Shown here: positions 39,667 through 52,316 of the stretch, piece by piece | How the letters are laid out: each line of letters begins with the position of its first letter | How positions within the stretch are numbered: the first letter of the stretch is position 1 | Source: Coriobacteriia bacterium | GTDB taxonomy: Bacteria > Actinomycetota > Coriobacteriia > Anaerosomatales > JAJZPX01 | Length of the DNA: 64,000 bases | Direction: 5' to 3' | Assembly (NCBI GenBank): GCA_036504755.1 | Contig: DASXUP010000023.1 | Coordinates: 1,355 to 65,354, forward strand | Translations under genes and position numbers: made by a program | The notes under the pieces: generated by a model | What the model saw: only the letters and a program-made list of their open reading frames with translations | Told to the model about the DNA's origin: nothing | Databases searched by the model: none

Positions 39667-39936
39667 ATGCCGCTGGAGAAGGACGTCAAGGCCGGGATCA
39701 TCGGAGACAACGCCAAGCACGAGGGCGACACCGGGTCCCCCGAAGTGCAGATCGCGCTGCTCACGCAGCGTATCCGCGACCTGACCGAGCACCTGAAGGT
39801 GCACTCGAAGGACCACCACACGCGCCGCGGGCTGCTTCGGCTGGTCGGTCAGCGCAGGCGGCTCCTCAACTACCTGAAGAAGACCGACATCGAGCGCTAC
39901 CGCGCGATCGTCGCGAAGCTCGGGCTGAGAAGCTAG
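39667..39936 (+). CDS. rpsO: 30S ribosomal protein S15
   Basis: 89 aa. [62 protein letters not shown] upstream. A TGcTAACAT extended -10-like element lies in the 142-nt leader. Confidence 0.97.
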   Translation: MPLEKDVKAGIIGDNAKHEGDTGSPEVQIALLTQRIRDLTEHLKVHSKDHHTRRGLLRLVGQRRRLLNYLKKTDIERYRAIVAKLGLRS

Positions 39937-39955
39937 CAGGAACAGGGTTGGACGT

Positions 39956-39981
39956 CGCAGGGCGGGGAGACCCGCCCTGCG
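39956..39981 (+). terminator. Perfect 11-bp hairpin between rpsO and pnp (terminator / processing stem)
   Basis: CGCAGGGCGGG - GAGA - CCCGCCCTGCG, followed by GTTCTATAC. Sits 20 nt after the rpsO stop. Confidence 0.65.
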
Positions 39982-40047
39982 GTTCTATACACCGCGACGG
40001 GAAGGGCCCGTGGCGGCCAAGAGGTTCGACGAGGAAGAAGTGAAAAG

Positions 40048-42243
<2,196 letters not shown>

Positions 42244-42258
42244 CGGACGGGGGGCCTG

Positions 42259-43509
42259 ATGTTCTACGACAAGACGGTCCTCGACAACGGCATCACGGTC
42301 ATCACCGAGCGCATGGACACCATGCGCTCGGTGGCCATCGGCATCTGGGTGGCCGTCGGCAGCCGCGACGAGGACTTCGCCGACGCGGGGATGTCGCACT
42401 TCCTCGAGCACATGATGTTCAAGGGCACGCCTACGCGGTCGGCCGCCGACATCTCTCAGGCCTTCGACCGCCTCGGCGGGGAGCTCAACGCGTTCACGAG
42501 CAAGGAGTACACGTGCTACTACGCGCGCGTGCTCGACCAGCATGTCCCGACCGCTATCGAGATCCTCTCCGACATGGTGGTCAGCTCGACGATGGAGAAG
42601 GGCGCGATCCTCTCCGAGCGCGAGGTCGTGCTCGAGGAGATCTCGCGCACGGAGGACGCCCCGGACGACCGCGTGCATGAGTTGTTCGCTCAGACGCTGT
42701 GGCCGGAGCATCCTCTCGGCCGTCCGGTCCTCGGGCAGAGGGAGACGGTCGGCACCTTCGACCGCGAGCAGAGCCTCGCCTTCAAGAAAGCCAACTACGA
42801 GACCGGCACGACCGTCGTGGCCGCGGCCGGCGACGTCGACCACGAGGCGCTCGTCGAACTGGTCGAGAGGCACCTCAGGCTGCCCGAGGGGAAGGGCGGC
42901 ACGCGGATGCACGCCTCGCCGGAGACGGAATCTCGTCTCGAGGTGCTTCGGAAGGACACCGAGCAGGCGCACATCTGCTGGGGCGTCCCCGGTCTCGACG
43001 CGTGCGACGACGAGCGGTTCGCGCTCTCCGTGCTCGACTCGACCCTGGGCGGCGGCATGAGCTCGCGGCTGTTCCAGGAGATCCGCGAGAAGAAGGGGCT
43101 GGCGTACGCGGTCTACAGCTATCACAGCCTCTACCAGGACACCGGCGCCTACACCGTCTACGCCGGGACCCGTCCGGGCAACATGGAGCAGGTCGTGCGG
43201 CTCGTCCAGGCCGAGATCGAGAAGCTCGAGCAGGACGGCATCACGGCCGAGGAACTCGACCGTGCGAAGGAATCGATGAAGGGCGGGCTCGTGCTCGGTC
43301 TGGAGAGCACGCGCAACCGCATGACGCGCCTCGGGAAGGCGTACGTCACGGGGGCGCCGATCCTGTCGCTCGACGAGCTCGTCGAGCGCGTGGAGGCCGT
43401 CACCGGCGAGCAGGTGATCGAGCTGGCGCGGCGGCTGTTCGGCGGTCCGCAGGCGCTGTCGGTCATCGGCCCCTTCGACGTCGGCAGCGTCGAGCATCTG
43501 CTCGACTAA
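42259..43509 (+). CDS. M16 family zinc peptidase (pitrilysin-like)
   Basis: Inverted zinc motif HFLEHMMFKGT. Position after pnp matches the M16 peptidase that follows pnp in Bacillus and Mycobacterium (recalled from memory). Confidence 0.85.
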   Translation: MFYDKTVLDNGITVITERMDTMRSVAIGIWVAVGSRDEDFADAGMSHFLEHMMFKGTPTRSAADISQAFDRLGGELNAFTSKEYTCYYARVLDQHVPTAIEILSDMVVSSTMEKGAILSEREVVLEEISRTEDAPDDRVHELFAQTLWPEHPLGRPVLGQRETVGTFDREQSLAFKKANYETGTTVVAAAGDVDHEALVELVERHLRLPEGKGGTRMHASPETESRLEVLRKDTEQAHICWGVPGLDACDDERFALSVLDSTLGGGMSSRLFQEIREKKGLAYAVYSYHSLYQDTGAYTVYAGTRPGNMEQVVRLVQAEIEKLEQDGITAEELDRAKESMKGGLVLGLESTRNRMTRLGKAYVTGAPILSLDELVERVEAVTGEQVIELARRLFGGPQALSVIGPFDVGSVEHLLD

Positions 43510-43521
43510 GGGGGGAGAGGC

Positions 43522-44307
43522 GTGATCCGCGTAGCTGTCGCCGGCGCAGCCGGCCGCATGGGCCTCGAAGTGGTGCGCGCTGTCGGCGCCGAGAGCGACA
43601 TGGAGGTCGTCGCGGCGGTCGATCCGCGCGCCGCGGGCACGATGTTCGTCGACAGCCACGGCGATCAGGTGCCTTACCTGCCCGACCTCGCGGCCGCGAT
43701 CGCCGAGCGCAAGCCCCAGGTGCTCGTCGACTTCACGCACCCTACGCAGGTCGAAGCGAACGTCCGCACGGCGCTCGCCGCGGGCGTCGATTGCATCGTG
43801 GGCACCACCGGCGTGACGCTGGAGCGGTATCGCGAGCTCGCCGAGGGCGCATCGCCCGGGACGGCGCTGTTCGTCGCGCCCAACTTCGCCATCGGCGCGG
43901 TTCTGATGATGAAGTTCGCGGCCGAGGCGGCGCGCTACATGCCCACCGCCGAGGTGGTCGAGCTGCACCACGACAAGAAGGCCGACGCGCCGTCCGGCAC
44001 TGCCATGCGCACGGCGCAGCTGATCGCTGAGGCGCGAAGCCGCGTGCCCGACGTGCCCGGCAAGGACACGGAGGTAGCCGCCGGGGCTCGCGGCGCGTTC
44101 GTCGAGGGGATCCCGGTGCACTCCGTGAGGCTGCCGGGCCTCGTCGCCCACCAGGAGGTTCTCTTCGGCGGGCAGGGCCAGACGCTGACCATCCGCCACG
44201 ACTCGATCGACCGCACCAGCTTCATGCCGGGGGTCGTGCTGGCGGTCCGCAAGGTCGGCGCGCTGTCAGGGCTCGTGGTCGGGCTCGAGAACATCCTCGA
44301 GGGCTAG
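43522..44307 (+). CDS. dapB: 4-hydroxy-tetrahydrodipicolinate reductase
   Basis: IRVAVAGAAGRMG, VDFTHP, ELHHDKKADAPSGTA. Confidence 0.9.
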   Translation: MIRVAVAGAAGRMGLEVVRAVGAESDMEVVAAVDPRAAGTMFVDSHGDQVPYLPDLAAAIAERKPQVLVDFTHPTQVEANVRTALAAGVDCIVGTTGVTLERYRELAEGASPGTALFVAPNFAIGAVLMMKFAAEAARYMPTAEVVELHHDKKADAPSGTAMRTAQLIAEARSRVPDVPGKDTEVAAGARGAFVEGIPVHSVRLPGLVAHQEVLFGGQGQTLTIRHDSIDRTSFMPGVVLAVRKVGALSGLVVGLENILEG

Positions 44308-44308
44308 C

Positions 44309-45535
44309 GTGCCGAAGCCGATCGTCGTCCAGAAGTTCGGCGGAACGTCCGTCGCCACCGCCGAGGGCCGCGCCGCGGTCATCGAGCGGGTGCGCGACGC
44401 CCGCGCGGCCGGCAACGACGTGGTCGTCGTCGTCTCCGCGATGGGCCGGAAGGGCAGCCCGTACGCGACGGACACCCTGCTCGGCCTCCTGACGGACGGC
44501 AGCGCCGACGGCCGCGAGCGCGACATGCTCGCGTCCTGCGGCGAGGTACTCACCGCCGTAGTGTCCGCCCACGAGCTGCGAGCCGCGGGCGTTCCCGCCG
44601 CGGCGTTCACGGGCGCGGAGGCCGGGATCGTCACGGATGACCGGTTCGGCGACGCGCGCATCGTCTCGCTGCACCCGGCGGGGCTGCTGCGGACGCTCGC
44701 GGAGGGCGTCACGCCCGTGGTCGCGGGCTTCCAGGGCGTCACCGAGGACGGCGAGACCACGACCCTCGGCCGAGGCGGGTCGGACACGACCGCCTGCGCG
44801 CTCGGGGTCGCGCTCGAGGCCGCGACCGTCGAGATCTACACGGACGTGGACGGTGTGATGACCGCCGACCCCCGCGAGTGCGGGAGGGCGCGCGTGCTCG
44901 ACCGGGTGGCGTACGAGGAGCTGTTCCAGATGGCGCACGGCGGCGCGAAGGTCGTTCACGCGCCCGCCGCCGAGCTCGCGATGCACGGCGGCGTCCCCGT
45001 CCGCGTGCGCAACACTTTCTCGGGCGCCCCGGGCACGCTCATAGCCGACATCGCTCCCGAGGCCGGGGTCGCGACAGCCGTGAGCCATGTCGACGGAGTA
45101 GCGCAGCTGAGGGTCGACCTGCCCACCTCGGCCGAGGACGGCCTGGCGCATATGGGAGCGCAGACCCGGGTGTACCGCCGCCTGGCGGACGCCGGAGTGA
45201 GCCTCGACATGTTCACGCCCTGCTGCGACACGCTCGTCTTCACCGTCGCGGAAGGCGCCGTCGCCGAGGCGATGCGGGTGCTCGACGGGTTGGGCATGCC
45301 GTACGAGGTGATCACGGGACTCGCGAAAGTGACGCTGGTCGGCGCCGGGATGCGCGGAGTACCGGGAGTCATGGCCCGCGTCGCGGAGGCGCTGTGCGAA
45401 GCGCAGGTACCGATAGTGCAAACAGCAGACTCCCATACCACCATCTCGGTGCTGGTGTGGCAGAATATGCGCAAAGTCGCGGTCGAGGCGCTGCACGAGG
45501 CGTTCGGCTTGGGCCGCGGCGAACAGGCCCGGTGA
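44309..45535 (+). CDS. lysC: Aspartate kinase
   Basis: VVQKFGGTSVA, VVVVSAMG, TLGRGGSDTTA, C-terminal ACT-like repeats (KVTLVGAGMRGVPGVMARV). Confidence 0.9.
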   Translation: MPKPIVVQKFGGTSVATAEGRAAVIERVRDARAAGNDVVVVVSAMGRKGSPYATDTLLGLLTDGSADGRERDMLASCGEVLTAVVSAHELRAAGVPAAAFTGAEAGIVTDDRFGDARIVSLHPAGLLRTLAEGVTPVVAGFQGVTEDGETTTLGRGGSDTTACALGVALEAATVEIYTDVDGVMTADPRECGRARVLDRVAYEELFQMAHGGAKVVHAPAAELAMHGGVPVRVRNTFSGAPGTLIADIAPEAGVATAVSHVDGVAQLRVDLPTSAEDGLAHMGAQTRVYRRLADAGVSLDMFTPCCDTLVFTVAEGAVAEAMRVLDGLGMPYEVITGLAKVTLVGAGMRGVPGVMARVAEALCEAQVPIVQTADSHTTISVLVWQNMRKVAVEALHEAFGLGRGEQAR

Positions 45536-45550
45536 CGTGCGGGGGCGATC

Positions 45551-46441
45551 GTGATGGCTACACCCAGGTTCGGCAGGCTCGTCACCGCGATGGTGACTCC
45601 CTTCGACGCCGAGGGGAGCCTCGACCTTCCTCGCGCCAGGGAACTGGCGTTGCGTTTGCTTGACGAGGGCAGCGACGGCCTCGTGGTGTGCGGGACGACG
45701 GGGGAGTCCCCGACCGTTCCGTACGAGGAGAAGCTTGAGCTGTTCGCGGCGGTGGTAGAGGTGGTGGACGGCCATGCGCCCGTCATCGCGAACGCCGGGG
45801 ACAACGCCACACAGGACTCGGTCGATTTCGCCAAGCGCGTCGTGAAGCTCGGCGTGGACGCCGTCATGGCGGTGGTGCCCTACTACAACAAGCCGCCGCA
45901 AGAGGGGCTGTACCGGCACTTCCGCTCGATAGCCGAGGCGATCGACGTCCCGATGATCATGTACAACATCCCGGGACGGTGCGTGGTGAACATGGAGGCC
46001 GAGACGACGCTGAGGCTGGCGCGGGACGTGGAGAACATCGTGGCGGTCAAGGAGGCCTCGGGCAACATGGCGCAGGTAGCCGCGATCTGCGGCGGTGCGC
46101 CGGACGGGTTCGAGGTACTCTCGGGCAACGACGAGGACACGCTTCCGATGATGGGCCTCGGGGCCGTGGGCGTGATCTCGGTGGCGTCGCACGTAGCGGG
46201 GCCGCAGATGGCCGAGATGGTCGCAAGCCAGGCAGCCGGGGACCACACCCGCGCACTGAAGCTGCACCTGCAGCTTCTGCCGCTGTTCAAGGCGCTGTTC
46301 CTGACGAGCAACCCGATCATGGTCAAGGACGCGCTGGCGCAGACCGGCTTCCCCGTCGGCACGGTGCGTCTGCCGCTGGTGCCGCCGACGGAGGCGCAGT
46401 CGGCCGAGCTGGCGCGTGTGATGGAGCACCTCGGCCTGTAG
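45551..46441 (+). CDS. dapA: 4-hydroxy-tetrahydrodipicolinate synthase
   Basis: VTAMVTPF, LVVCGTTGESPT, PYYNKP, IVAVKEASGN. Confidence 0.93.
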   Translation: MMATPRFGRLVTAMVTPFDAEGSLDLPRARELALRLLDEGSDGLVVCGTTGESPTVPYEEKLELFAAVVEVVDGHAPVIANAGDNATQDSVDFAKRVVKLGVDAVMAVVPYYNKPPQEGLYRHFRSIAEAIDVPMIMYNIPGRCVVNMEAETTLRLARDVENIVAVKEASGNMAQVAAICGGAPDGFEVLSGNDEDTLPMMGLGAVGVISVASHVAGPQMAEMVASQAAGDHTRALKLHLQLLPLFKALFLTSNPIMVKDALAQTGFPVGTVRLPLVPPTEAQSAELARVMEHLGL

Positions 46442-46538
46442 GAAGAAGCAAGGTGAGACGCGTCGGCAGCGGAGCCGGCGCTTGCACGTGGAAGCGAAGT
46501 GAACGACCGACCGCAAGGAGGATCGGCCGAATAGGGCT

Positions 46539-48212
46539 ATGACTAGGAAAAAGACGCGCCTTCGCGTCATCCCGCTCGGAGGGCTTGACGAGATAGGCAA
46601 GAACATGACGGTCGTGGAGTACGGGAACGACATGATCGTCATAGACGCTGGGCTGATGTTCCCCGACGACGACCTCCCCGGTGTCGACCTCGTGCTCCCC
46701 GACTACGGCTACGTGCTGCAGCGCGCCGATAAGCTGCGCGGCATCGTGATCACGCACGGGCACGAGGATCACACGGGAGCGCTCCCTTACCTGCTGAAGG
46801 ACCTCGGCAGGTCCGTGCCGGTGTACGGCAGCAAGCTCACGCTCGGGCTCATCCAGGGCAAGCTGTCGGAGCACCCGGCCGTGAAGAAGCCGAAGCTGCG
46901 CGAGGTGCAGTCGGGCAGCCGGATCGAGCTCGGCGTGTTCGCCTGCGAGTTCATGCAGGTCACGCACTCGATCCCGGACGCGCTCGCGGTGCTCGTGCGA
47001 ACGCCCGTAGGCAACGTGATGCACACCGGCGACTTCAAGCTGGACCAGACGCCCGTGGACGGCCGAGAGCCGGACTACGCCGGGTTCACCGCCGCCGGCC
47101 GCGAGGGCGTCCTGCTGATGCTCTCGGACTCGACCGGCGCCGAACGTCCCGGCCACACGGCCCCGGAAGCCGAGGTGGGGCTGTCGCTCCACCGCATCTT
47201 CGCGGCGGCCAAGGGACGTATCATCGTGGCATCGTTCTCGAGCCACATCCACCGTGTCCAGGAGATCGTCGACGCCGCGGCCGACAACGGCCGTAAGATC
47301 GTCGTGACCGGCCGCTCGATGCTGAACAACACCCGGATCGCCCGTGACCTGGGATATCTGCACGTGCGTGACGAGGATCTGTTCGACGCGTTCGAGGTGA
47401 AGGACTTGCCCGACGACGAGACGGTCATCCTGTGCACGGGAAGCCAGGGCGAGCCGCTCTCCGCGCTCGCGCGCATCGCCAACGGCGATCACCGCACGGT
47501 GCAGGTGAGACGCGGCGACACCGTCGTCATCTCGGCCTCGCCCGTGCCCGGCAACGAGAAGGCAGTCGACCGCGTCATCAACAAGCTGATCCGCGCGGGG
47601 GCCCACGTGCTCTACAAGGACAACGCACGGGTCCACGTGTCCGGCCACGGCGCGGCCGAAGAGCTGAAGCTGATGCTCAACATGGTGAAGCCGAAGTATT
47701 TCGTCCCCGTGCACGGTGAGGCGCGTCACCTGGTCGCGCACGCGGCGCTGGCCGAGGCTGTCGGGATGCCCGAAGGTAACGTCTTCGTTATGGACAACGG
47801 TGACTGCCTGGAGCTCACGACCTCGGCTGTTAGCATGGCGGAACGCGTGGACTCGGGAGTCATCTACGTGGACGGGCTGTCCGTCGGCGACGTGGGCACG
47901 GTGGTCCTGCGCGACCGTCAGCTCATGGCGCAGGACGGCATCGCGATGATCGTCGTGACGATCGACCATCGCAACGGCAAGGTGATCGGCGAGGCGGAGC
48001 TCGTGACGCGCGGCATCGTGTTCGGTGCCGGGTCTGACGGCCTGCTCGAAGAAGCGAAGGCGCGGATAGGCAGGACGCTTGCGAAGACGGCGGGCGAAGG
48101 CGCGACCGACCAGCGGGTCGTGAAGAACGCGTTGCGGGAGTCCGTCTCGCAGGTCATGTGGGAGAAGGCGCGCCGGCGCCCGATGATCCTACCGATCGTG
48201 ATGGAGGTCTAG
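46539..48212 (+). CDS. rnj: Ribonuclease J
   Basis: LRVIPLGGLDEIGKNM, metallo-beta-lactamase HxHxDH as ITHGHEDHTGALPYL, beta-CASP region, HVSGHG. Confidence 0.93.
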   Translation: MTRKKTRLRVIPLGGLDEIGKNMTVVEYGNDMIVIDAGLMFPDDDLPGVDLVLPDYGYVLQRADKLRGIVITHGHEDHTGALPYLLKDLGRSVPVYGSKLTLGLIQGKLSEHPAVKKPKLREVQSGSRIELGVFACEFMQVTHSIPDALAVLVRTPVGNVMHTGDFKLDQTPVDGREPDYAGFTAAGREGVLLMLSDSTGAERPGHTAPEAEVGLSLHRIFAAAKGRIIVASFSSHIHRVQEIVDAAADNGRKIVVTGRSMLNNTRIARDLGYLHVRDEDLFDAFEVKDLPDDETVILCTGSQGEPLSALARIANGDHRTVQVRRGDTVVISASPVPGNEKAVDRVINKLIRAGAHVLYKDNARVHVSGHGAAEELKLMLNMVKPKYFVPVHGEARHLVAHAALAEAVGMPEGNVFVMDNGDCLELTTSAVSMAERVDSGVIYVDGLSVGDVGTVVLRDRQLMAQDGIAMIVVTIDHRNGKVIGEAELVTRGIVFGAGSDGLLEEAKARIGRTLAKTAGEGATDQRVVKNALRESVSQVMWEKARRRPMILPIVMEV

Positions 48213-48215
48213 CGG

Positions 48216-49052
48216 ATGACGCACGTGTGGGCCGTGACACTGGGACTCGTCCAGGGCCTGGCCGAGTTCCTCCCGATCTCCTCGACGGCCCACCTGAAAC
48301 TGCTTCCATGGATCTTCGACGTGCGTGAAGGATTCCTCTACACGACGCAGTTCGACATAGCGCTGCACGCCGGGAGCTTCGTCGCCATCCTCTTCGCGCT
48401 GTGGTCCGACTGGGCCGACCTCTTCAAGGGCGCCGCGGCGGGCCGCAAGACGAGCCTGCGCTTCCTCGGATTCCTCCTCGTGACCTCCGTTCCCGGCGCC
48501 CTGTTCGGCGTGCTGCTCGACGAGAAGGTCGAGCGCTTCTCGACGCCGGCGAACCCCGCGATGACCGCCGCCCGGACGTTCCACTACGCGCCGCTGGTCG
48601 TCGGCGTGGCGCTCATCGCGTTCGGCGTGCTGCTGTGGGCCGTCGACCGCTTCGCGAAAGGAACCGCACCGCTCGAGGACATGACGTGGGGAAGGGCGGC
48701 GGCCATCGGTGTGGCGCAGGCGCTCGCTCTCGTGCCGGGCGTCTCGCGCTCGGGCGCGACCATGACCGCCGGGCGTGCGCTGGGCTTCTCTCGCGACGAC
48801 GTGGCGCGGTACTCGTTCATGGCGGCGCTGCCGATCATCGGCGGAGCCGCGCTGTTCGGCCTGAGGCACGTCCCGATCCACACACTGCTCTCGCTCGACT
48901 GGGTGCTGGGCTTCGCCGCCGCCGCCGCGTCGTCCTTCCTCGCCATGCGCTGGATGCTCGCCTACGTCCGCAAGCACTCGTTCGGCATCTTCACCGTCTA
49001 TCGCGTGGTGACCGGCCTGCTCGTGATCGGGCTGTTCTTCCTGCGCGGCTAG
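48216..49052 (+). CDS. uppP: Undecaprenyl-diphosphate phosphatase
   Basis: GLVQGLAEFLPISSTAHL and VPGVSRSGATMTAG signatures. Polytopic membrane protein. Confidence 0.9.
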   Translation: MTHVWAVTLGLVQGLAEFLPISSTAHLKLLPWIFDVREGFLYTTQFDIALHAGSFVAILFALWSDWADLFKGAAAGRKTSLRFLGFLLVTSVPGALFGVLLDEKVERFSTPANPAMTAARTFHYAPLVVGVALIAFGVLLWAVDRFAKGTAPLEDMTWGRAAAIGVAQALALVPGVSRSGATMTAGRALGFSRDDVARYSFMAALPIIGGAALFGLRHVPIHTLLSLDWVLGFAAAAASSFLAMRWMLAYVRKHSFGIFTVYRVVTGLLVIGLFFLRG

Positions 49053-49130
49053 CAGGACTGCTACGATAGCCGAGGAAGCCGGCCGCGTTCCTGGGCCGCT
49101 GCCGTCGGGACACGAAGTAGGCGGGGAGAC

Positions 49131-51344
49131 ATGCCTGCGGCTCCAAGACGCACCACGAAACGCAGCACGAAGTCGACAGGGAACAGCGCCAACGGTCTCG
49201 TGCTCGCTCCGCAGACGCGGCACGAGATCCTCGGGATCGCGTTGTCCGCGCTCGCCGTCGCGCTCGCCATAGCCGTCCTGACGGATTCCCGGTCGCTCAT
49301 CCCCCACGCGGTGGACTCGCTGCTGCGCTCCGCCTTCGGCATCGGCGCCTTCCTCGTCCCCGTGGTCGTGCTCATGTGGGGCGTCAGCTTCTTCATCCCG
49401 AACGTGCGGATCCACGAGGGTCTCGTCGGGGCGGGCCTTTCCCTCGCGTTCCTCTCGGCCATCTCGATGACCGCCGTGCCCGTGGCGCCGCGAGCGCAAT
49501 GGGACCCCGTGACGCTCACCACGCACGGAGGCTACGTCGGCGGCTTCATCGCCTGGGCGCTGCGTTCGCTGCTCGGCGTGCCGATAGGCTACGTCGTGCT
49601 GGTCGCGGTGATGCTCATCGGACTCGTGCTCGCTACCGGCATCTCCATCCGCAACTGGATCGAGATGGCGCAGGAGCGCGCGGCCCGGCGAGCCGAGGAC
49701 GAGCCCCGCGCTAAGGCCCCCAAACCCAGGCGGAGCGTGGCGCTCCCGGATTTCGGCGGCACCGCTCCCGCCGAGGCGCAGGCCGCTCCCACCCGCCGCG
49801 TCGGCTCGGAAGACCCGGAGGCGCGCCGCAAGACGACGCCGACGCCGAGCGTGGTCGGACCACGGGCGATGGAGGGCTTCGAGCTGCCCTCGCCTAAGCT
49901 GCTGAACCGCTCGTCCGCGCCGTCCGCGCATCGCGCGAGCGACCGCGAGATGCGCGCGACGGGCGAGATCATCACCAACACGCTCGCGACCTTCGACATC
50001 CCTAGCAAGATCGCGGCGTGGGTACCGGGGCCGACCGTGACGATGTTCGAGCTCGAGATCGCGCCCGGCGTCAAGGTGAACCGGGTGACCGCTCTCGCCG
50101 ACGACCTCGCGCTCGCCCTCGCCGCGCCGACCGTGCGCATCCTGGCCCCGATCCCCGGCAAGTCTCTCATCGGCATCGAGGTCCCCAACGAGCGTCGCAG
50201 CACGATCACGCTGGGCGACGTCCTCGGCGACGCGTCGCTCGACGACCGCAGCCCGCTGCTGCTGGGCATCGGCAAGGACGTCGCGGGCGAGAGCGTGGTG
50301 ACCGACCTTGCCAAGATGCCGCACCTCCTCATCGCGGGGTCGACCGGCACCGGGAAGAGCGTGTGCATCAACGCGCTCCTCATGAGCATCCTGATGCGCG
50401 CGACGCCCTCCGAGGTCCGTCTCATCCTCATCGACCCCAAGCGCATCGAGCTCTCGCTCTACAACGGACTTCCTCATCTGTACGTGCCGGTGGTAACGGA
50501 GGCGAAGGAGGCGGCCAGCGCGCTCGCGTGGGCGGTGTCCGAGATGGACGCGCGCCTCAAGAAGCTTCAGCGCGCGAGCGCGCGGAACATCGGCTCCTAC
50601 AACGCTCTCGCGCACGAAGGCAAACTGCCCGAGGGCATGGAGGAGATGCCGTACCTCGTGATCGTCATCGACGAGCTGGCCGACCTCATGATGGTCGCCG
50701 CCAAAGAGGTGGAGGACTCGATCTGCCGTCTCGCGCAGCTCGCCCGCGCCGCGGGCATCCACCTCATCGTGGCGACCCAGAGACCGAGCACCGACATCAT
50801 CACCGGGCTCATCAAGACGAACATCACCAACCGCATCGCGTTCGCGGTGGGCAGCGGCATCGACTCGCGCGTCATCCTCGACTCCACGGGGGCCGAGAAG
50901 CTCGTCGGCCTGGGCGACATGCTGTATTCCCAGCCCGCATGGGCGAAGCCGAAGCGCATACAGGGCGCGTACGTCTCGGAGCCTGAGATAGAGTCGGTGG
51001 TCGCGCACCTGAAGGCGCAGGCGGAGCCCGACTACCACGAGGAGATACTGCATCTGAGACTGGCGGCCACGGGCGGCGGCGTAGACATGGGCGACGGCGA
51101 CGACGACCCGCTTCTGTGGGAAGCCGCCGACATCGTGATCACGTCGGGCATGGGCTCGACGTCGCTGCTCCAGCGGAGGCTCAAGGTGGGCTACGCACGG
51201 GCGGGGCGCATCATGGACATGCTCGAGAGCAAGGGTGTCGTCGGCGCTCCCGACGGCAGCAGGCCCCGCGAGGTCCTCTGCGACGTCGAGGAGCTCGAGA
51301 GCCTCAAGGCGTTCGAGCGCCACGATGCGTCTGCCGAGGAGTGA
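49131..51344 (+). CDS. ftsK: DNA translocase FtsK/SpoIIIE
   Basis: N-terminal TM segments, linker, motor domain with Walker A GSTGTGKSVCIN and Walker B VIVIDELADLM, C-terminal gamma (winged-helix) domain LLQRRLKVGYARAGRIMDMLE. A TGcTACGAT -10-like element lies at 49059-49067. Confidence 0.95.
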   Translation: MPAAPRRTTKRSTKSTGNSANGLVLAPQTRHEILGIALSALAVALAIAVLTDSRSLIPHAVDSLLRSAFGIGAFLVPVVVLMWGVSFFIPNVRIHEGLVGAGLSLAFLSAISMTAVPVAPRAQWDPVTLTTHGGYVGGFIAWALRSLLGVPIGYVVLVAVMLIGLVLATGISIRNWIEMAQERAARRAEDEPRAKAPKPRRSVALPDFGGTAPAEAQAAPTRRVGSEDPEARRKTTPTPSVVGPRAMEGFELPSPKLLNRSSAPSAHRASDREMRATGEIITNTLATFDIPSKIAAWVPGPTVTMFELEIAPGVKVNRVTALADDLALALAAPTVRILAPIPGKSLIGIEVPNERRSTITLGDVLGDASLDDRSPLLLGIGKDVAGESVVTDLAKMPHLLIAGSTGTGKSVCINALLMSILMRATPSEVRLILIDPKRIELSLYNGLPHLYVPVVTEAKEAASALAWAVSEMDARLKKLQRASARNIGSYNALAHEGKLPEGMEEMPYLVIVIDELADLMMVAAKEVEDSICRLAQLARAAGIHLIVATQRPSTDIITGLIKTNITNRIAFAVGSGIDSRVILDSTGAEKLVGLGDMLYSQPAWAKPKRIQGAYVSEPEIESVVAHLKAQAEPDYHEEILHLRLAATGGGVDMGDGDDDPLLWEAADIVITSGMGSTSLLQRRLKVGYARAGRIMDMLESKGVVGAPDGSRPREVLCDVEELESLKAFERHDASAEE

Positions 51345-51434
51345 GCCTCCCGCTCGTCCTCGCCACCTCGGCCGTTTCCGGTACAATGTTCCGGGCCCGC
51401 CCGCACCACACTAAACAGCTTAGGGACGTAACGC

Positions 51435-52316
51435 ATGACCCAACTCGGAGACAGCCTTTCCGACGAACGCCGCAAGCAGGGCAAGAGCATCGTCGACGTC
51501 GAGGCCGCGACTCGCATCCGGGGCCGGCTGATCCAAGCGCTCGAGCACGGCGACTACGATCTGCTCCCGGCGCCCGCGTACGTGAAGGGCTACATCCAGA
51601 GCTACGCGAAGTACCTCGACATCCCCGCGCAGCCGCTGCTGGAGATGTACAAGGTGGACGTGCGCTTCGCGGACGAGCGCGCCGAGGAGCGCGAGCGCAT
51701 GGGGCCGCTGATGCCGCGCGGCGCCCGATACTCGAACGCGTCGCGCCAGAACCTCGACGACCTGCCCGCGGAGACGGTCGTCCCGCAACGCGACCAGCAG
51801 CATGCGATCCCGGTCAGAACGTGGCTCATCGCCGCGGCGGCGATCCTCGCGGTGTTCGTCGCGCTGTGGGGCATCAGCAGGCTCGTGGCCTCGGCCGGGG
51901 CGCCGCCACCGGTACCCCGGTCCGTCCAGGAGACCACCGCGCCGAATCCCGCCGCTGCGAACCCGGCGACGGTCGCCGGCACGCCCGTGTCGCCGGTCGA
52001 GCCCTCGGCGGCCGAGCCCACCGTCACACCGGCGTCCGCCGACTCGACGGCGGGCATCACGCCGTTCAAGCTGACGTTCCGCATACGCCCGGGCGAGAAG
52101 TCTTACCTGCGAGTGACCGTGGACGGCCAGGTCGCCTTCGGTGGGACCGTCGAGCGCACCGCCGACTTCCCGTCGCTCTCGGTCTATCGCCAGGCTGTGG
52201 TCCTGATCGGGAAGCCGCGGTGGGTGACCACCTTCAAGAACGGCCAGCGCGTGCCGACGCCGAACCAGGACGCCGAGTACACGCTCACGCTGAAGAACGA
52301 GAGCGCACCGCAGTAG
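51435..52316 (+). CDS. rodZ: RodZ-like cytoskeleton protein (HTH + TM + C-terminal DUF4115-like domain)
   Basis: HTH LSDERRKQGKSIVDVEAATRIRGRLIQALEHGDYDLLPAPAYVKGYIQSYAKYLDI, single TM (WLIAAAAILAVFVALWGI), Pro/Ala-rich linker, beta-rich C-terminal domain. Confidence 0.65.
   Translation: MTQLGDSLSDERRKQGKSIVDVEAATRIRGRLIQALEHGDYDLLPAPAYVKGYIQSYAKYLDIPAQPLLEMYKVDVRFADERAEERERMGPLMPRGARYSNASRQNLDDLPAETVVPQRDQQHAIPVRTWLIAAAAILAVFVALWGISRLVASAGAPPPVPRSVQETTAPNPAAANPATVAGTPVSPVEPSAAEPTVTPASADSTAGITPFKLTFRIRPGEKSYLRVTVDGQVAFGGTVERTADFPSLSVYRQAVVLIGKPRWVTTFKNGQRVPTPNQDAEYTLTLKNESAPQ

Noticed and set aside
44309-46441. Lysine riboswitch or T-box leaders upstream of lysC, dapA or proS.
   Set aside because: The dapB-lysC gap is 1 nt, lysC-dapA is 15 nt and Rossmann-proS is 27 nt, so there is no room for a leader RNA.
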